From Vicugna vicugna (lineage: Eukaryota), in assembly GCA_013265495.1 (NCBI GenBank), contig MU057477.1, forward strand, positions 124,001 through 183,711: 59,711 nt of DNA. Direction: 5' to 3'. Below are positions 12,140 through 25,941 of this stretch, piece by piece. Within the stretch, counting starts at the first letter, position 1. Every line of letters starts with the position of its first letter. The notes beneath the pieces were generated by a model, which did not search any database, was not told where the DNA came from, and worked only from the letters and a program-made list of their open reading frames with translations. The translations under genes and the position numbers were made by a program.

Positions 12140-13930
12140 TAATGAATATAATATTTACTGAGTACCAGTTAGGTACAAGTTACTGTGTCTGGTGTAGGGG
12201 ATGCATAGATAAGCCATATCTCTGTCTGGAAGGGGCTTATGGGAAGGTAACTCAGCAGACACACAAACAGGAGCAGCACACAGTATGATATGAAGGTGTC
12301 CGCAGCTTGCTACGGAAGCTAGTGACAATCCATGCTGGGAACACCTCTGTTCTTACAGGAGGTGATACTTGAGCTGAAGTTTGAAGGCTGAGTAGGTGTC
12401 ACCTGGCGAACTAGGTGAGAAAGGGAATTTTAGCAAAGGGAGCAATGATGAAAGCTCAGAAGGTTGTGGCCCATTAAGAAACCTACAGAACTGACAATAG
12501 TTTAATGTGGCTGGAGGATGATGTGTCAGGAGGGAGTGATAAATATGAGGCTGGACAGGTAGGCAGGGACCAGATCCTGAAGGCCCTTGAAAGTCTGAAC
12601 CTGTGCTGTAGAGGGATCTCTCGGCTGTTAAGAGTTTCTCAGTAGCCCAGGTGAGAATTGCAGCACTGGCAGTAGGGATGCGGCGGAGAGGAGGATGCAG
12701 TGACTCTGGATGTGGCGAGTGATGGATAGAGAGGCATCAAGGATGAAACCTAGGATTCTAATACAGGCAACTGCAAGGACATCGGTGCCATGCTCTTGAG
12801 ATCAGACATATTGGAGGAGGTGCCGAATCCAGGGGGAAGGTGATGCATCTTGGGCATGTGGAGGTGGAGGTGGAGGTGGAGGTGTTGGTTGGGCATCAAT
12901 GGAGAAAGCAGAGCTAGTGGGGCCAAGATGGGATCTGGATCTCCCTGGTTCCAAAGTTCATGTTCTTCTCTCCACAGTAGATAAGTGAGTATTATCGAGA
13001 CCAAGAGAAGAAAAAGTCCCAGAAAGTGTCAGACAGTAGCCAAGGCTGCACAGCTCAAGGACTATCAAGACGGCACTCGTTTGCATTTGGCTATTAGATC
13101 ATTAATGACCTCAGTAAGAGCCGTTTCACTGGAATCCTGGGGGCAGGTTGCAGGAGACAGAGGTGACGATGTGGAAGCAGTAAGTCAGCAAATGTGAACT
13201 CCTCTTCCTGTAGGTTCAGCTGGGAAGACAAGGAGCACGATATGGCTGAGGCAGTAGTGAGAGGGTTCTGGAAAGGTCTTTTTGAAGTGAGAAGAGCTTG
13301 AGCATGTTTGTGTGACTCTGCACAAAGGAGAAGCTGGAGATAATTGGTACAGAGGGATAGTCCCCCTGCAGAAGGGCAGCCTAGAGAGCGCTTGGTGGTC
13401 TCATCTTTATAGGAAGACACTTCTGCCACTGGTTCCCTAGAGAAAGAGGGAAACAGAGGTAAGTTTAGGGGGCAGGAGAGGATGGCAGGAGAAGCTTGGG
13501 GTATATTTGCTTAATAGCTTCTAGTTTCCGTGATCTAGAAGACAGCTGAGGAAGAGGATTACGTAGGGGCTTGAGGGAAGTGGTGAGCCTTTGAAGCAGT
13601 ATTGTAGGGAATGGAAGAGAGTCGCTTAGGGACTCGTGGAAGGATTTGTGAGCAGCCAGGTTTGGGCACTATCAGTACGCAGGGGTAGTGGCCTCAATGT
13701 GTATGTTGTTTTCTCCACCGGGGCTCAGGGATGGGGCGCAGCAGCTGATCATTCACGCCTGGATTTATCTGCAGAGCAGGGAAAGGGGAATTGCTCAGTA
13801 TCCGAGGTCACGGAGTTCAGATTATTGGCAGGAGAGGGTTTGAGTGATGCATCCTGGGTGTAGGGACAGAAGTGAGGGCAGAAGGTAGCTGGCAGATGGA
13901 GAAAATGGAGGGGTTGGAGATACATGTAAG
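12140..13930 (-). mobile_element. L2 LINE fragments, antisense
   Basis: aatatttactgagtacc start and purine-rich L2 antisense motifs (ggaggtgatacttgagctgaagtttgaagg, gaggctggacaggtaggcagggaccagatc). Confidence 0.7.
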
Positions 13931-14057
13931 ACCAGAAATCCTAGTCTTTGTTTATGTTACTTTAACTGCTAGAGAGTTAGAGCAAACCACTCAGAGACCT
14001 TCTACCCACGCAGAGAAAACAATACCAGAGGATACACCGCTCTTCCTTATTTTGTAG

Positions 14058-15439
14058 CTTTCCGGCCATCCAGTCAGTCTCCCCTCCAGCCCCAGGGTCC
14101 AGTGAAGTCCAACAACATCGTGACGGTCACTGGGATATCCCTGTGCTTGTTCATCATCCTGGCCACCGTCCTCATCACGCTGTGGCGGAAGTTCGGCCGC
14201 GCCCCCAAGTGCAGCACCCCCGCGCGCCACAACTCCCTCCACGGCCCTGGCTGCCGGAAGAACTCGGACGAGGAGAACATCTGCGAGCTGAGCGAGGCGC
14301 GCGGGAGCTTCTCGGACGCGGGCGATGGGCCGGCGGGGGGCCCGGGGGACCTGGGCATCCCTCTGACCTACCGGCGGAGTGCGCCGGCGCCCCCCGACGA
14401 CGAGGCCTCGGGCAGCGAGAGCTTCCAGCCCAACGCGCAGAAGATAATCCCGCCCCTGTTTAGCTACCGCCTCGCCCAGCAGCAGCTGAAGGAGATGAAG
14501 AAGAAAGGCCTGACGGAAACCACCAAGGTGTACCACGTGTCCCAGAGCCCCCTGACCGACACCGCCATCGACGCCGCCGCCGCCGCGCCCCCCGGGGACT
14601 CGGAGAGCCCGGAAGAGGCGGCCGCCGGCAAGTTCCGGATCAAATCCCCGTTCCTGGAGCCGCCCGCGGCCGGGGCCGGGGAAAGGCCCACCTCCAGGCT
14701 GGCTGTCGCTGTGTCGCCGGCCAGCTGTGCCGTCAGCCCCAGCCAGACCGTGATCCGCAAGTCGCAGATGAGGCACGCGGGCGGCAGGGGGGCGCTGCCG
14801 GAGAGGAGCCACCCCAGGAGTTCCCATTTCCGCAGGACGGCGAGCTTTCACGAGGCCAAGCAGGCCCGGCCGTTCCGCGAGCGGAGCCTGTCCACGCTGA
14901 CCCCGCGGCAGGCCCCCGCCTGCGGTTCCAGGACGCACACCTGGGACCAGGCGGAAGACCGATTCCGGCCTCCGAGTCGAGGCGCTGCCCTGCTTCCGGA
15001 GAAGCTGGACCACGGCCAGGGGGCAAGTGGAACCGGTGGTGCGTTAAGCCCTCTCCCTAAATCCCACACCTTGGGGCAGCACACGAGGAAGCCAGACCTG
15101 GGGGATCGCCAGGCAGGATTCGTGGTAGGCGGGGAGAGAACGGAGCCTCACCGAGCTCGAAGGGGACCGTCCCCCAGTCACAGGAGCGTCTCAAGGAAGC
15201 AGCCGTCCCCCACCGCCCCCAAAGATAGCTACCAGAGGGTCAGTCCTCTGAGCCCTTCTCAGTGTAGAAAAGACAAGTGTCAGAGCTTCCCCGCCCACCC
15301 AGAGTTTGCCTTCTACGACAATACATCGTTCGGTCTCACTGAGGCCGAGCAGAGGATGCTGGACCTCCCGGGATATTTTGGGTCAAATGAAGAAGATGAA
15401 ACCACAAGTACGCTGAGTGTGGAGAAGCTGGTCATCTAG
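14058..15439 (+). CDS. THSD1: THSD1 terminal coding exon: transmembrane helix and long Ser/Pro/Arg-rich cytoplasmic tail
   Basis: ttattttgtag| acceptor, phase 1; reads (A)FRPSSQSPLQPQGPVKSNNIVTVTGISLCLFIILATVLITLWRKFGR...YFGSNEEDETTSTLSVEKLVI*, which I recognise as the THSD1 C-terminus. The ORF-track start at 14102 is an internal GTG, not a true start. Confidence 0.97.
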
Positions 15440-15678
15440 ACCGAGATCAGCCTGAGACTTAACTCAACCAGGGTTCTTTCCCCAGCCCAGGGTATCGAAT
15501 GCTCACGTTGTTCTGTAGATTTTTGTGTAACTATTTGTATAGCAAGACAGAATGTGGAGAGGTGGTAACTCACATCAGTTTATGCACATGTGTTTTAATT
15601 CATAAGGAAGAAGTTATTTATCCTGAACTTTCCCCCTTATTACCCTATTTCTATTGGCTTATTACTAATAACTATGAT

Positions 15679-15839
15679 AATAAAATTTAAACAAGAGTGA
15701 ACTAGGGCTTGGTCTCTCGTGAATATGAAAAAAATGACAAGATGCGACTTTGTGAAATGCTTTGAATGCTTCATTGGCAGTTCCCAGCTTAGAACAAATC
15801 TGAGAGTTTCAACTATAAGAAGGGCTGGAACAAAATAAA
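15679..15839 (+). terminator. THSD1: Candidate THSD1 polyadenylation signals (AATAAA at 15679-15684 and 15834-15839)
   Basis: Two canonical hexamers about 240 and 395 nt after the stop codon in AT-rich 3'UTR-like sequence; usage cannot be seen from sequence. Confidence 0.55.
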
Positions 15840-18759
15840 CTTGCTAACACAAACGTGAATTGTAATTCGTTAAGTTTTATGTACTTGAGACTGACTCCTG
15901 CAGGAGCAGTATTGAACAGGTTTCATATTTGGCTGATTAAGTCAATTATGGCTATGTACTAGGCTACCTAGAAATGGTGATACCACGTGGTATTTCAGAA
16001 GAACTTTCAGGCCAGAGTTTGGGTGATACCTTACTTTTTAAAAAAAAATGCATGAAAGAGTCTTGGGGACTACACAAACTTATGTGCATTAATTCTTTGG
16101 AGAAAGAACATAAGCTGAGTGTTCAGGTGGTGAGTCAAACGTGTCCATGTGGCCATCATTGTTCTGAGCAAAAAGTAAGCATTTTGGAAAGGAAGGTGGT
16201 ATCTCCTGAGAGAACATCAACTGGCATCTGGGCAGTGGATGCTGGGCAGGATGCTGCCTGGCTTCACGGTGCTGACTATGTGCTCCTGGGCCAAGTGGCA
16301 GCCAAGGACTGTCATTCTGAAACTGATGTGTATGTTTCTAAAGGTAACTTTATCATGTTATTCAGAAAGTACGTGAATTAATCTCAAGGACATGGAAAGC
16401 AGGTAGGCTAGATTATGATTTGACGGTTTACGCTTATTTAATTGGAAGATAGAGGGAAATAGAGAAAAGAAGTCTTAGAAATTTAGAATCACTTTAGTTT
16501 TCTGATTCAATCTGCCTACCACATTTTACAGATGATGAATTTGAGGTTCTGGAAGGGAATTAACTCCTGCAGGGTTGCATGGATATGGGCTCATTTTTAT
16601 TCTAATCACCACACTCTTTGTATTCTGGCCTCACAGCCTTTGTGAGTTTTATCCAACAGCAGAAACTTCGGGAGAAAGCTGGCCCTTTTTACAGGAAGAG
16701 GGCATCGAGAGTCACCTTTACTAGCTCTTCCCAAAGGAAGGAAGCTTTCTGCTGCCTGATGTTAGGACTGGTCTCAACAGCTTGCTTTGTTTGGAAGTGA
16801 TGGGCTCCACAAAAGAACCTATGGGTTGGGCTCTGTCATTGGGAGTCTGTCATCAGGTACCGCGTGGGCAGTCTGCAAGCTGGTGTATTTCAGACCTTGA
16901 ACTGAATGCCTTATCTGCAGATACTTGAGTAGCTGCGCTTTCTTTTTTGTTCACCATGACCTCTCAGCTGCCACACCCACCCTGCCTTTTAGACAATGTT
17001 TTCCTTCTTCCTTTTAGAGTTTATCAGGATGTCAGCCTGCTGGCGAGGTTTCAGGGACCATTGGAGGCAGTGGAATTAGATGAGCAAAAAAATTCACAAA
17101 TGCAAATACTATTAAATGTGTCTCTTATGAGTGTTGCATTACCACTTCATCTGTGCCATTATTATTGAAAACTAAAATATATTTCCTTACATGTCCTTTT
17201 GGAAACACTTTAATAATAGCTGTCTACCTTTCAGGAAAAGGAGGAATCGATTATTCAGTGGTGTCTGACAGCTGGTATGTGCTGATGGAAAGAAGAGGAA
17301 ATCACTTTTTAATCTCCATTTTCTTTGTTTGTCAGACTAGAAAGCTCTGTTCTCTTTCCAAGTTCACAGGCTTGTGTGCCAACCTCTGAGGACAGAGGGT
17401 ATGCCCCTTGTTCCAGACTTTACAATGACTTCCAAAAAAATTGTTTTTATCAGAATGAGACAAAAACAGCTGTGGAGAAGGTGAAAATTAGAGAAAAACA
17501 CAATGAACAGAAGGATTTTCTGTTAAATTATGTTCTCCCCCATATGTCATGCCTCTAAATTAATATTACAGTGGAGTAATACGTCATGTGTTCGCTATCT
17601 ACCTAGTCCAGTTTTCCGTTGTTCTAACCAAGGGTCAATCCCTACGTTTCAAAGTTAAGCTTACTTGGCCTCTGTCTCTGAGAAAGAGAAAAGGAGGTGC
17701 TTCAGTGTAGTCTTTGGTGAATAAATGGTTAACTTCATTAGAAATACTCTTCTTCACCATTGTGTCGCTAGGTCCTAGCACCCGTGGCTGCCATTAAGTA
17801 AGAGCTCAGTAAAGATTTGTTGAATAAAGTGAGCAGCTATTCAAAAGCCCTCAAACTGCATTTGTGGTTGAACTAGAACTGTTCTAACACTTTAAATCTT
17901 AAACCATGATGAATGGGATGTGTTCCTGCAAGATATTGTGAGTTTTTAATGTCAAGAAGTATCCAGAAACGAAGAAATCCCTATCTTTTGGGGACATTAC
18001 CCTGGCCGAAGGTGAAAGTGTCTCTGGAGCCTATTACAGTGTCTGTACACAGTAGTCACTTAATAAGTACTGCATGTGTATGAGAGAGTGGCTTCCAAGT
18101 GGATATGGTGCCCTGTCTTCCTAGCATGTCTCTTCTGCTCATACCCACTGCCCGGAGTCTGTACCACCTCGTTGGTCAGTTGCTCCCCACATGTGACTTC
18201 TAAAGTGGATTTGACAGAGCCGAGAGCACACAGTGTGCCAAGCCCTTGCCACAACTACCCAAATGATGATCCGGCCCTTCCTCCTAATTTTCTCTCCTCA
18301 AGCTTTGTTCCACCCAAGTCTGACTCATAAAATATAAACCTGCTTTTTTACAACTTTGATGATTTCTCATTTTATTCTAGATATGTAACTTGTAAAATTA
18401 TATCACACAGTTTTTAGTCTAGGTAGTTTCTGAGTCATTTTAAACACAAATGACAGCAAATTTTAAACGCATAGTGTTATGAACATCCTTGTTTCTCCAG
18501 GTCATACCAGCTGAGTCATGGCTTGGACAAAAAGAAGGCATAGTCAAAAGCACACGAGTTTAATCCTGGTCCTTCCCTTTCTAGCCGTGTGATCTTAGGC
18601 AAGTCACTTAACCACATAGCCTCTGCTGCTCGATTGTAAAATGAGACTAATAATCTCTACTCTTGCTAGCGGTCCAGGATGGGGACCTGAGCATACATAT
18701 TTGTTTCCTTTCCGTCCTAGGACTCAATTTAAAATATGGTAAATGAATGTGAAAAAGTA

Positions 18760-19570
18760 CAATACCAAATGCAGCCAAGAGAACAAGAAGCTAAGCGATT
18801 TCCATGAGTTTCTGGAAGACAGCACATGGAAGAGCACCGAGTGGAAGACACTATAGCCCAGGATATGCTTGGAGGGTGTTGCAGATGGCGGGGGAGCTGG
18901 ACCCTTGCTAAGGCTGTGGATTCAGAGAAGTTATTGGAGTGAAGAGAAGATGGAAAACAGTGAAGATCTGTATACGAAATGCTCATCCTCCATCCCGGCT
19001 TCTCAGCTCTGGTACCAAGAGTCCCCAGCAATTAGATGTTCAACCCAGACAAAATTAAAACCAAACCACCAACCAACCAACCCATGACCAGAGGGGACTC
19101 TTCTAAAGACACTGGAGGATCTTTCTGAGAAATCTTGGGCCTCTGAGTTGTCGTTGGCACCCCAGCACAAAGCCGTCTACATTCTAGCATTTGAGAGGCC
19201 TCAGCACAACGGTCAGATCTCGGACTCTTGGCCCTGCAACGAAGCCTGCCAGTTAGCAAGTTCTGCACATGCACTGAGAGTTCCTAGTCAGCCTTTCTCC
19301 TGTCTCATTCTTAAGAATAGCCTGACAACTGGAATCACCAAATGTTTGAGACAAATCTAACAGTGTGATGAAAGATAAACAGAAAAACTGACCCCAGAAG
19401 AAACATAATTCAGGCAATACAAGAAGAGTCAAATAAAAACTCTAAAAAATGAATTACTTATCACTAAGAAGATGTGAAATGATATGATATCTATTAAATA
19501 AGAACATGGTAATTTAAAAAGGAAGAGTCAGAAAATGGGAAGGAACGCTTGGAAATGAAATATTCAATAG
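18760..19570 (+). mobile_element. Ancient L1 5'/ORF1-like (L1ME/HAL1-like) fragment
   Basis: A-rich segment (aatcaccaaatgtttgag...aataagaacatgg...cttggaaatgaaa) resembling old L1 5' regions. Confidence 0.45.
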
Positions 19571-21764
19571 AGAGGTCAATAGATGAATGAAACAAGTACA
19601 GCAAGGGTTAACAGTTGCTGAAGTCCGGTGGTAGATGTATGTGTTACTGTACTCTTTTTCCAGCTTTTCTGGATGCCTGAAAATTTCATTAATAAAATTT
19701 TGAAAAAAAAAAAAACAAAAGATAACAGTTTGACATAAAAACTCACTGCAGAAGCAAGTCCTGCCTTTGACACAGAGGAGTTCCTTGGGGCGAGAGGAGG
19801 AACTGGGGGGGGCTTGATTGTCTCAGTACCCTCCGTGGAGCCCCCACCTGTGCTGCCCCGTAAGCACAGGATCAGTGTGCTTTAGCAGAACCCCCTAAAC
19901 ACTAGATTTTGGCTCCTAAGGCCCACCCACCAAATGCTATGTGACCTGGGTTAAGTACTTAACTTCTCCGTGGACCTAGTGTTAAGTAGATCTGAAGAAG
20001 AAAAAGGAAAGAGGAGTTTAGGATGACTTCCAGATTTCTGGCCGGCATGACATCTCAGGAAGAGGAGGCGTGAAACCTCCCTTGGGGGTTGGAAGATATT
20101 TCAGGCCAAAGGCCTCGAAGAGGAAAGAACTTCTTTAGGGACTCAGAGTCATCTCATTTTGACAAAGTGGGATTTCTGTTTGTATCCCAAGCTGAAGAAG
20201 AAGAACGAAGCAATTATGCCTACTTTTCAAATGTTCTATAATGAGCATATATTGCTCTATTTGTAAAGAAAAATATTTTTAAAGCAGTTCTATTGTGTAA
20301 AGCTCAGAGACAGCAGAAACTACTAGAAGGTTTTGTATATTATGAGCTATATTTTAAACCAAGCATTTATGATTTTGTGCTAAAATTAAATTTTTAAGTG
20401 CATACATTTGAACTGATTAAAAAAAGTATATCAATTGATGTGTAATAATAAGATGCAGCCTGATGTGTCTGGGCAGCCATCGAGGGAGAAGCTGACCACA
20501 GCAGTAAGCGCAGGATGAGCGCATTCACACCCGCAGCGGAGGTGGCATCCGGAGAAGGGATGGGCGGTGAGAGACCATTCTCGCAGCTGGAGTGCTGGGA
20601 GAAACAGTAGGCAGGACAGGCAGCTGGGGAAATGAGCCATCCGGGATCCCCGAGGAAGGAAAAAATCTAGGGTGGAGGAGGTTGGAGGTCCGGTAACAAC
20701 ACGAGGAGCAAATTCTACTAATAACAGCTACAAGATGGCTCACCGATTAAACTTCCAAGCATTGGTTGTAGATTATCCCTGACCCGCCTTGTAATCCTGT
20801 AAGGTACGGTTGTAGGTTTGGTTTGGTTTTGTCACAGTTGAGGGGAGAAAAAGGCAAATAGTAGAGGAGGATTTACAGCAAAAGACTCGTTACTTCCCAG
20901 CCTCAATCCCACTTTGCACGCGCAACCACTTTTACCTCCTGGCTCTTGATTCTCCTGCAGGTGCCCTCCCACGGTGCAAATGCGATGGAGCTGCAATTTC
21001 GTGATATTACTTAGTGACTCTTGTGATGACATACAGATTCGTCTCACTTACTATCACACACACAATAGTTACACCACTGTTTAGTTCTCTTGCTCACTTT
21101 TGCAACATTAATTTCCTTAAATTTTGTTTTTAAGTTCTCTCAAATACAGACATCTCTTGGCTTTCCATTTGGTGAGAGGCAAGTATTTGAGTTCCACTTC
21201 TCCTAGACTCCCCACCTCTCCTTCCACCTCCAAACTTCATCAGGCTGTCCTCTAACTCAGATTTCCATAGCTGAGAGCGTTTTCATTCTGTTCCGTAAGC
21301 ATAGTTAAGTCTACCATAGTTTGTCCTCGGGGGAGAGTCTGTGAGAGTCTAGCAGACAGTAAGCAGTAAACAGCATTAGCCACAATTTGTTTATGAAAAT
21401 TTTCCTTCATAGCAGAGACAAGGAGTGTGTTTCCTTCTCTGTAATCAGTGTCACCACCCTGTGCTGCTCCATTGCTCAAAATCATGGGTAGTTTGATTTT
21501 TTTTGTCTTTCCCTGTGTTTTGTTTTCTTGCTAAAAGGAAATCTGTGCCATTTTGTCCATTCTATCTATTGCTTAAAATCTCCCCCCACTTTTGAAACCC
21601 ATTGACATCCACTTCTAACTTTTTTGGGGGGGGTTGGTTTTTTTGGGTTTGTTTTTTTATTTTGATGTGACCTGCCTTATTCAGGAGGCACAGGTGTCCC
21701 ATTATTAGCGATGTCAGGCTTAAACACTGATTAAGGTGGCGATGACCAGCTCTCTGACTGTGTG

Positions 21765-22075
21765 TGTGGGGAGACAGTTCTTCATGGGGCCCTCACTTTT
21801 CTGTGCAAGTTGTGAGCAAGACACTGACTGTCCCCTTCCTTTTTTATTTCCTGGACTATCTTTTCAAGGAGGTTTGGTAGCAAATAGCCTTGGAAGGTAA
21901 AGATGGTGTTCCACAGCCAAGGGTAGGCATGCTTATAGTCCAGAATAAAAGATTAGGGTTCCCTTAGCTCGGGGTGCTTTTACTGTTACATAACCCACTG
22001 TGTGCTGGTGTCATCTGGCCCTCTTCATTTTGCCCTGTGGATTTGGGGGAACCAGCACAAAAATGCTGATACACT
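21765..22075 (+). mobile_element. Ancient ERVL-type LTR fragment
   Basis: tgtggggagacagttc...gactatcttttcaagga...agccttggaagg...aacccactgtgtg...aaaatgctgataca resembles eutherian ERVL LTRs; family not assigned. Confidence 0.6.
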
Positions 22076-22849
22076 GTGAGGAATCAACTCTCGTGAAGGC
22101 TACCTTGGCAGTCTGCAAATAGGGCTTCCTCAGACCCTGCATGGATCTTGATAACGTTTCCCTTTGCAATTGGTGAGTAATCTGTAGGAGCCGCACTGGC
22201 ACTGTGTGAATATCGCATTCCCCCACAGCATGTAACCTAATGGTTTTAGATTCCATTTATATTCTTTGCCTGAGTCAACCAATTTATTGGAGGTAGCAAA
22301 ATAGTGATTTTCTGTTTCTATTCTTTCTACATTTATTAAATGAGTTTTTCTGTAGAGGGTCCACTGGGAATGAACTACGGTTCCTTACAGAATGGTGGGA
22401 TAAATGCCTAATTCTTTCCCTTTAATTATCAAACTTTAGAGGAAGGCATTGGTGTTATAATTTCTCTCTCCATAAACTCATGGAATTTAAAAAAATTTAA
22501 TATTTTATAATCATTTATTCCTTTTGATGTCCAAATTGTTTGGATCTGTCCAGTGGGAGCCTCTTCACACAGGCTTTTGTGTCTTTTTGGCACATCCTGC
22601 TGGTCTTTCTAACTTAGTGGTTTCTTGCTTTTTGTATTTTTAGATGTTTGGGTTCAACTTGGATTTCTTTGCCCAGGACTGAAATCAGTCATTTCTCTGA
22701 GGGTTTCTGGTGCCTTCTGGTAGGAAATAGTATTTAAAAACCAGGATCAAGGGTGTCATTGCTTCTGGTCCTTTCAAAGGATAGCACTAAGATATTTTTA
22801 AAAATCATGAGCTCCTAGTGCTATTTTGATTCAGATTTTCAAAAGTTGT

Positions 22850-23850
22850 GTTCAAATGCCTGTAATGTAAAATTTACCACCTTAACTATGTTTAATTCTA
22901 CATTTCAGTAATGTTTAGTATATTCGCATTGTTGTGCAACCAATCTCCAGAACTGTTTCATCTTGCAAAACTGAAACTCTGTACCTGTTGAACAACAACC
23001 CCTTGTTCCCCCATCCCCTCGGGCCCTGGCAACCACCGTTCTATTTTCTGTCTCTATGGATTTACCTACTCTGGGTACCTCATATAAGTGGAATCATATA
23101 GTACATTTTTTTTTTGTGACTGGCTTGTTTTACGTAACCTAATGTCTTCGAGGTTCATCCATGTTGTAGCGTGTGTCAGAATTTCCTTCCTTTTAAAGGC
23201 TGAATAATATTCTGTTGTTTGAATATACCATATTTTGTTGAACTATTATTCATCAGTTGATGGACATTTGGGTTGCTTCCACCTCTTGGCTATTGTGAAT
23301 AACATTGCTACGAACGTGGGTGCGCAAATATCATTTCAGGACCCTGCTTTCAATTCTATAATTTATATACCCAGAAGTGGCATTGCTGGATTTTATGGTC
23401 ATTATATGTTTAACTTTTTAAGGAGCCACCATACTGTTTTCCATAGCAGTTGCACCATGTTATATTTCCACCAACAATAATGCACAAGGGTCCCAATTTC
23501 TTCACATCTCTACCAACACTTGTTACTACTATTTTTAAATAGTAGCCATTCTAATGGGTGTGAGGTGATATCTTAATGTGGTTTTGATTTGCATTTCCCT
23601 AATGATTAGTGATATTGAACATCTTCTCATATGTTTGTTGGCCATTTCTATGTCTTCTCTGGAGAAATGTCTATTTAAGTCCTTTGCCCACTTTTTAATC
23701 AGGTTATCTGTTTTTTTGTTGTTGAGTTGTAGGAGTTTTTTATATATTCTGGATATTAATCCCTTATCAATTCTGTAATTTACAGATATTTTCTTCTATT
23801 CTATAAGTTGCCTTTTCACCTGTTGATTGTATCCTTTGATACACAGATAC
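22850..23850 (-). mobile_element. L1MB-like 3' end, antisense, nested in an older L1 remnant (~22250-24420)
   Basis: Classic L1 ORF2 C-terminus/3'UTR antisense sequence (gttgatggacatttgggttgcttccacc, gttttgatttgcatttccctaatgattagtg). Confidence 0.85.
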
Positions 23851-25379
23851 ATTCAGATTTTAAGATTTCATTTTTTCTTAACTTCTGTAATTTGATATAT
23901 GTATACTGTTTTTCTTATAGTAAACTTCTTGGTTCCTAAAAATATCAAAATATTTATTTGCTTTATTCTAGAATATATGCAAAATAGTCTCAGAATGTTA
24001 CAGTTGCAACTCAAAGTACAGAATGAAGTTTAAGATGCCTGCAAAATTCTTTTTTTTTTTGTCCTTAGAATTTGTGGTAGCAAGGTGCATAAGCAGAGCA
24101 TTCTGTTAAAAGAGTCATTCAAAATTCTTGTTTCTGCACAGTTATCTTACCAATTTGATACATAGTGTGGTTAATTTGTTTCAGTCTTTTTAATTTTAGG
24201 TTTGCTTGTTTTTTTTAATATGTAAAACATTTACATGGATCACAAACAAAAACTCTATAAAAAGATGTACTCAGAAAAGTTTCACTTCCATTCTTGTCCC
24301 TTCTAACCCATTCCTCTTACCCCTACCCAAGAGTTTCTGATTTGTGTTTCCAGTGTTTCTTTATGCAAACATTATTCATTACACATTTCTGTTTTTAATT
24401 TCCTTCATTCTTTACACAAAATATATAAGTTTTAGTGTCTTAAAGTGCTTACCTTTAAATGTATGAGTCTTAAACGCTCTACTTTTAAAATCTGAAAATA
24501 AGGCCCATAATAACTAACAACATATAAACTTAAGAAATTGCTGATTCCAAATGATAAATGTTGGATACATGTTTTAAAATAAAGCAGCAGAGGACACTCG
24601 TACCATCGTGAGACTTTATTCCTGTTCTCCCTCTCTGCCAACCATGAATAAATAACTGCCTGGGAGAATTTACAAGCCTGTATTCCCACAGTACTACGCT
24701 CATAAACCAGTTTCGCATTCATCTCATTGTTTTAGAGTTATTCATATGCATTTGCTCCCAAAAGTGTGTGAGAGCTGAGAGCAGGGATCGTATATCCTAC
24801 TCCTCTGTGTCTCAAGCAGCACGTTGTAGGGGAAAGTTCATTGTCTCTGGAATCTTGGCTCTGCCACCTCCCAGCTGCGCGAGCTTGCGCGTGGTGCTTC
24901 ACCACTGTGGACCTCAGTATCCTCATTTATAAAGTAAGAGTAACCTCTTCTTGAGGGACTGTTGATGATATTGAGATGATGTGAGTGAAGGGCCCAGCGT
25001 GTGGCGAAGCCGTCCTCCGAGCTCTCAGTGCCCCTTGGCCACCATTTTGCTTGTCCCTGGATTCAACTTCTGTTTCTGACGTTAGCTCTTTTGATAGATT
25101 TTTACATATTTATTTCTTTATTATCTTGTCCCAACCAGTCAAAACCCATCGCAATATCCGTGTGCTCTCTATTTAAATTGGTGTTCTTGCTTCTTCATTC
25201 ATAGCAAAAATGGAGTTAATGGAGGGAGTGAGATGGGAACACCCAGTTTCAGGACTCCAGGGCGCAACACTCCCGCAGTCTACAACGTCAACGGTGTCCC
25301 CTGGAGTTGTGCAACGTCACAGCCCTGCTTCCTGGCCTCCAACCTATAAAACTCTCTCTTTCCAAACCCTTCTTAGTCT

Positions 25380-25722
25380 AATAATTAGCAGTACTGAGCA
25401 TTTTTGCGTGTGTCTATTGGCCATTTGTATGTCTTCACTGGAAAATTGCTTGTTTAGGTCTTCTGCCCATTTTTGGATTGAGTGGTTTGTTTTTTTACTA
25501 TTAAGTTGTATGAGCAGTTTATACATTCTGAAAATTAAGCCTTTGTCAGTCTCATCTTTTGCAAATATTTTCTCCCGTTTGGCAGGTTGTCTTTTTGTTT
25601 TGTTTGTGGTTCCTTTGCTGTGCAAAAGCTTATAAGTTTAATTAGGTCCCATTTGTTTATTTTTGCTTTCATTTCTATTGCCTGGGTACCTTGCCCTAGG
25701 TGAACATTGCTAGATTTATGTC
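25380..25722 (-). mobile_element. Internal L1 ORF2 fragment
   Basis: ORF 25344..25625(-) gives [20 protein letters not shown]...[28 protein letters not shown], a degenerate L1 ORF2p segment. Confidence 0.85.
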
Positions 25723-25941
25723 AGATAGCCCAGCGTCGGGCAGCCGTTGACTCAGTGCAGAAAGGCAGAAGCCACCACGTGCCCTGCACTGTGGCCTGGC
25801 AGGCAGGAGCCTGAGTCCTCGTCTCGTGGCCTCTGTGGGGATTTGCAGGGCTTTTAACCCGTCAGGCTTCAGTTTCCTCAACTATAAAACGAGGGGAGGG
25901 ATAACCTGAGTCCTGAGAACAAACAAAACAATGTAAGAGGA

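Noticed and set aside
12857..12884. (GGAGGT)n hexamer run giving an HLHLHL ORF
   Set aside because: Short simple repeat inside an L2 remnant; no evidence of function
13991..15013. 340-aa antisense ORF (and shorter overlapping ORFs) over the THSD1 last exon
   Set aside because: Expected shadow of a GC3-rich coding strand; low-complexity G/R/A/P composition and no recognisable domain
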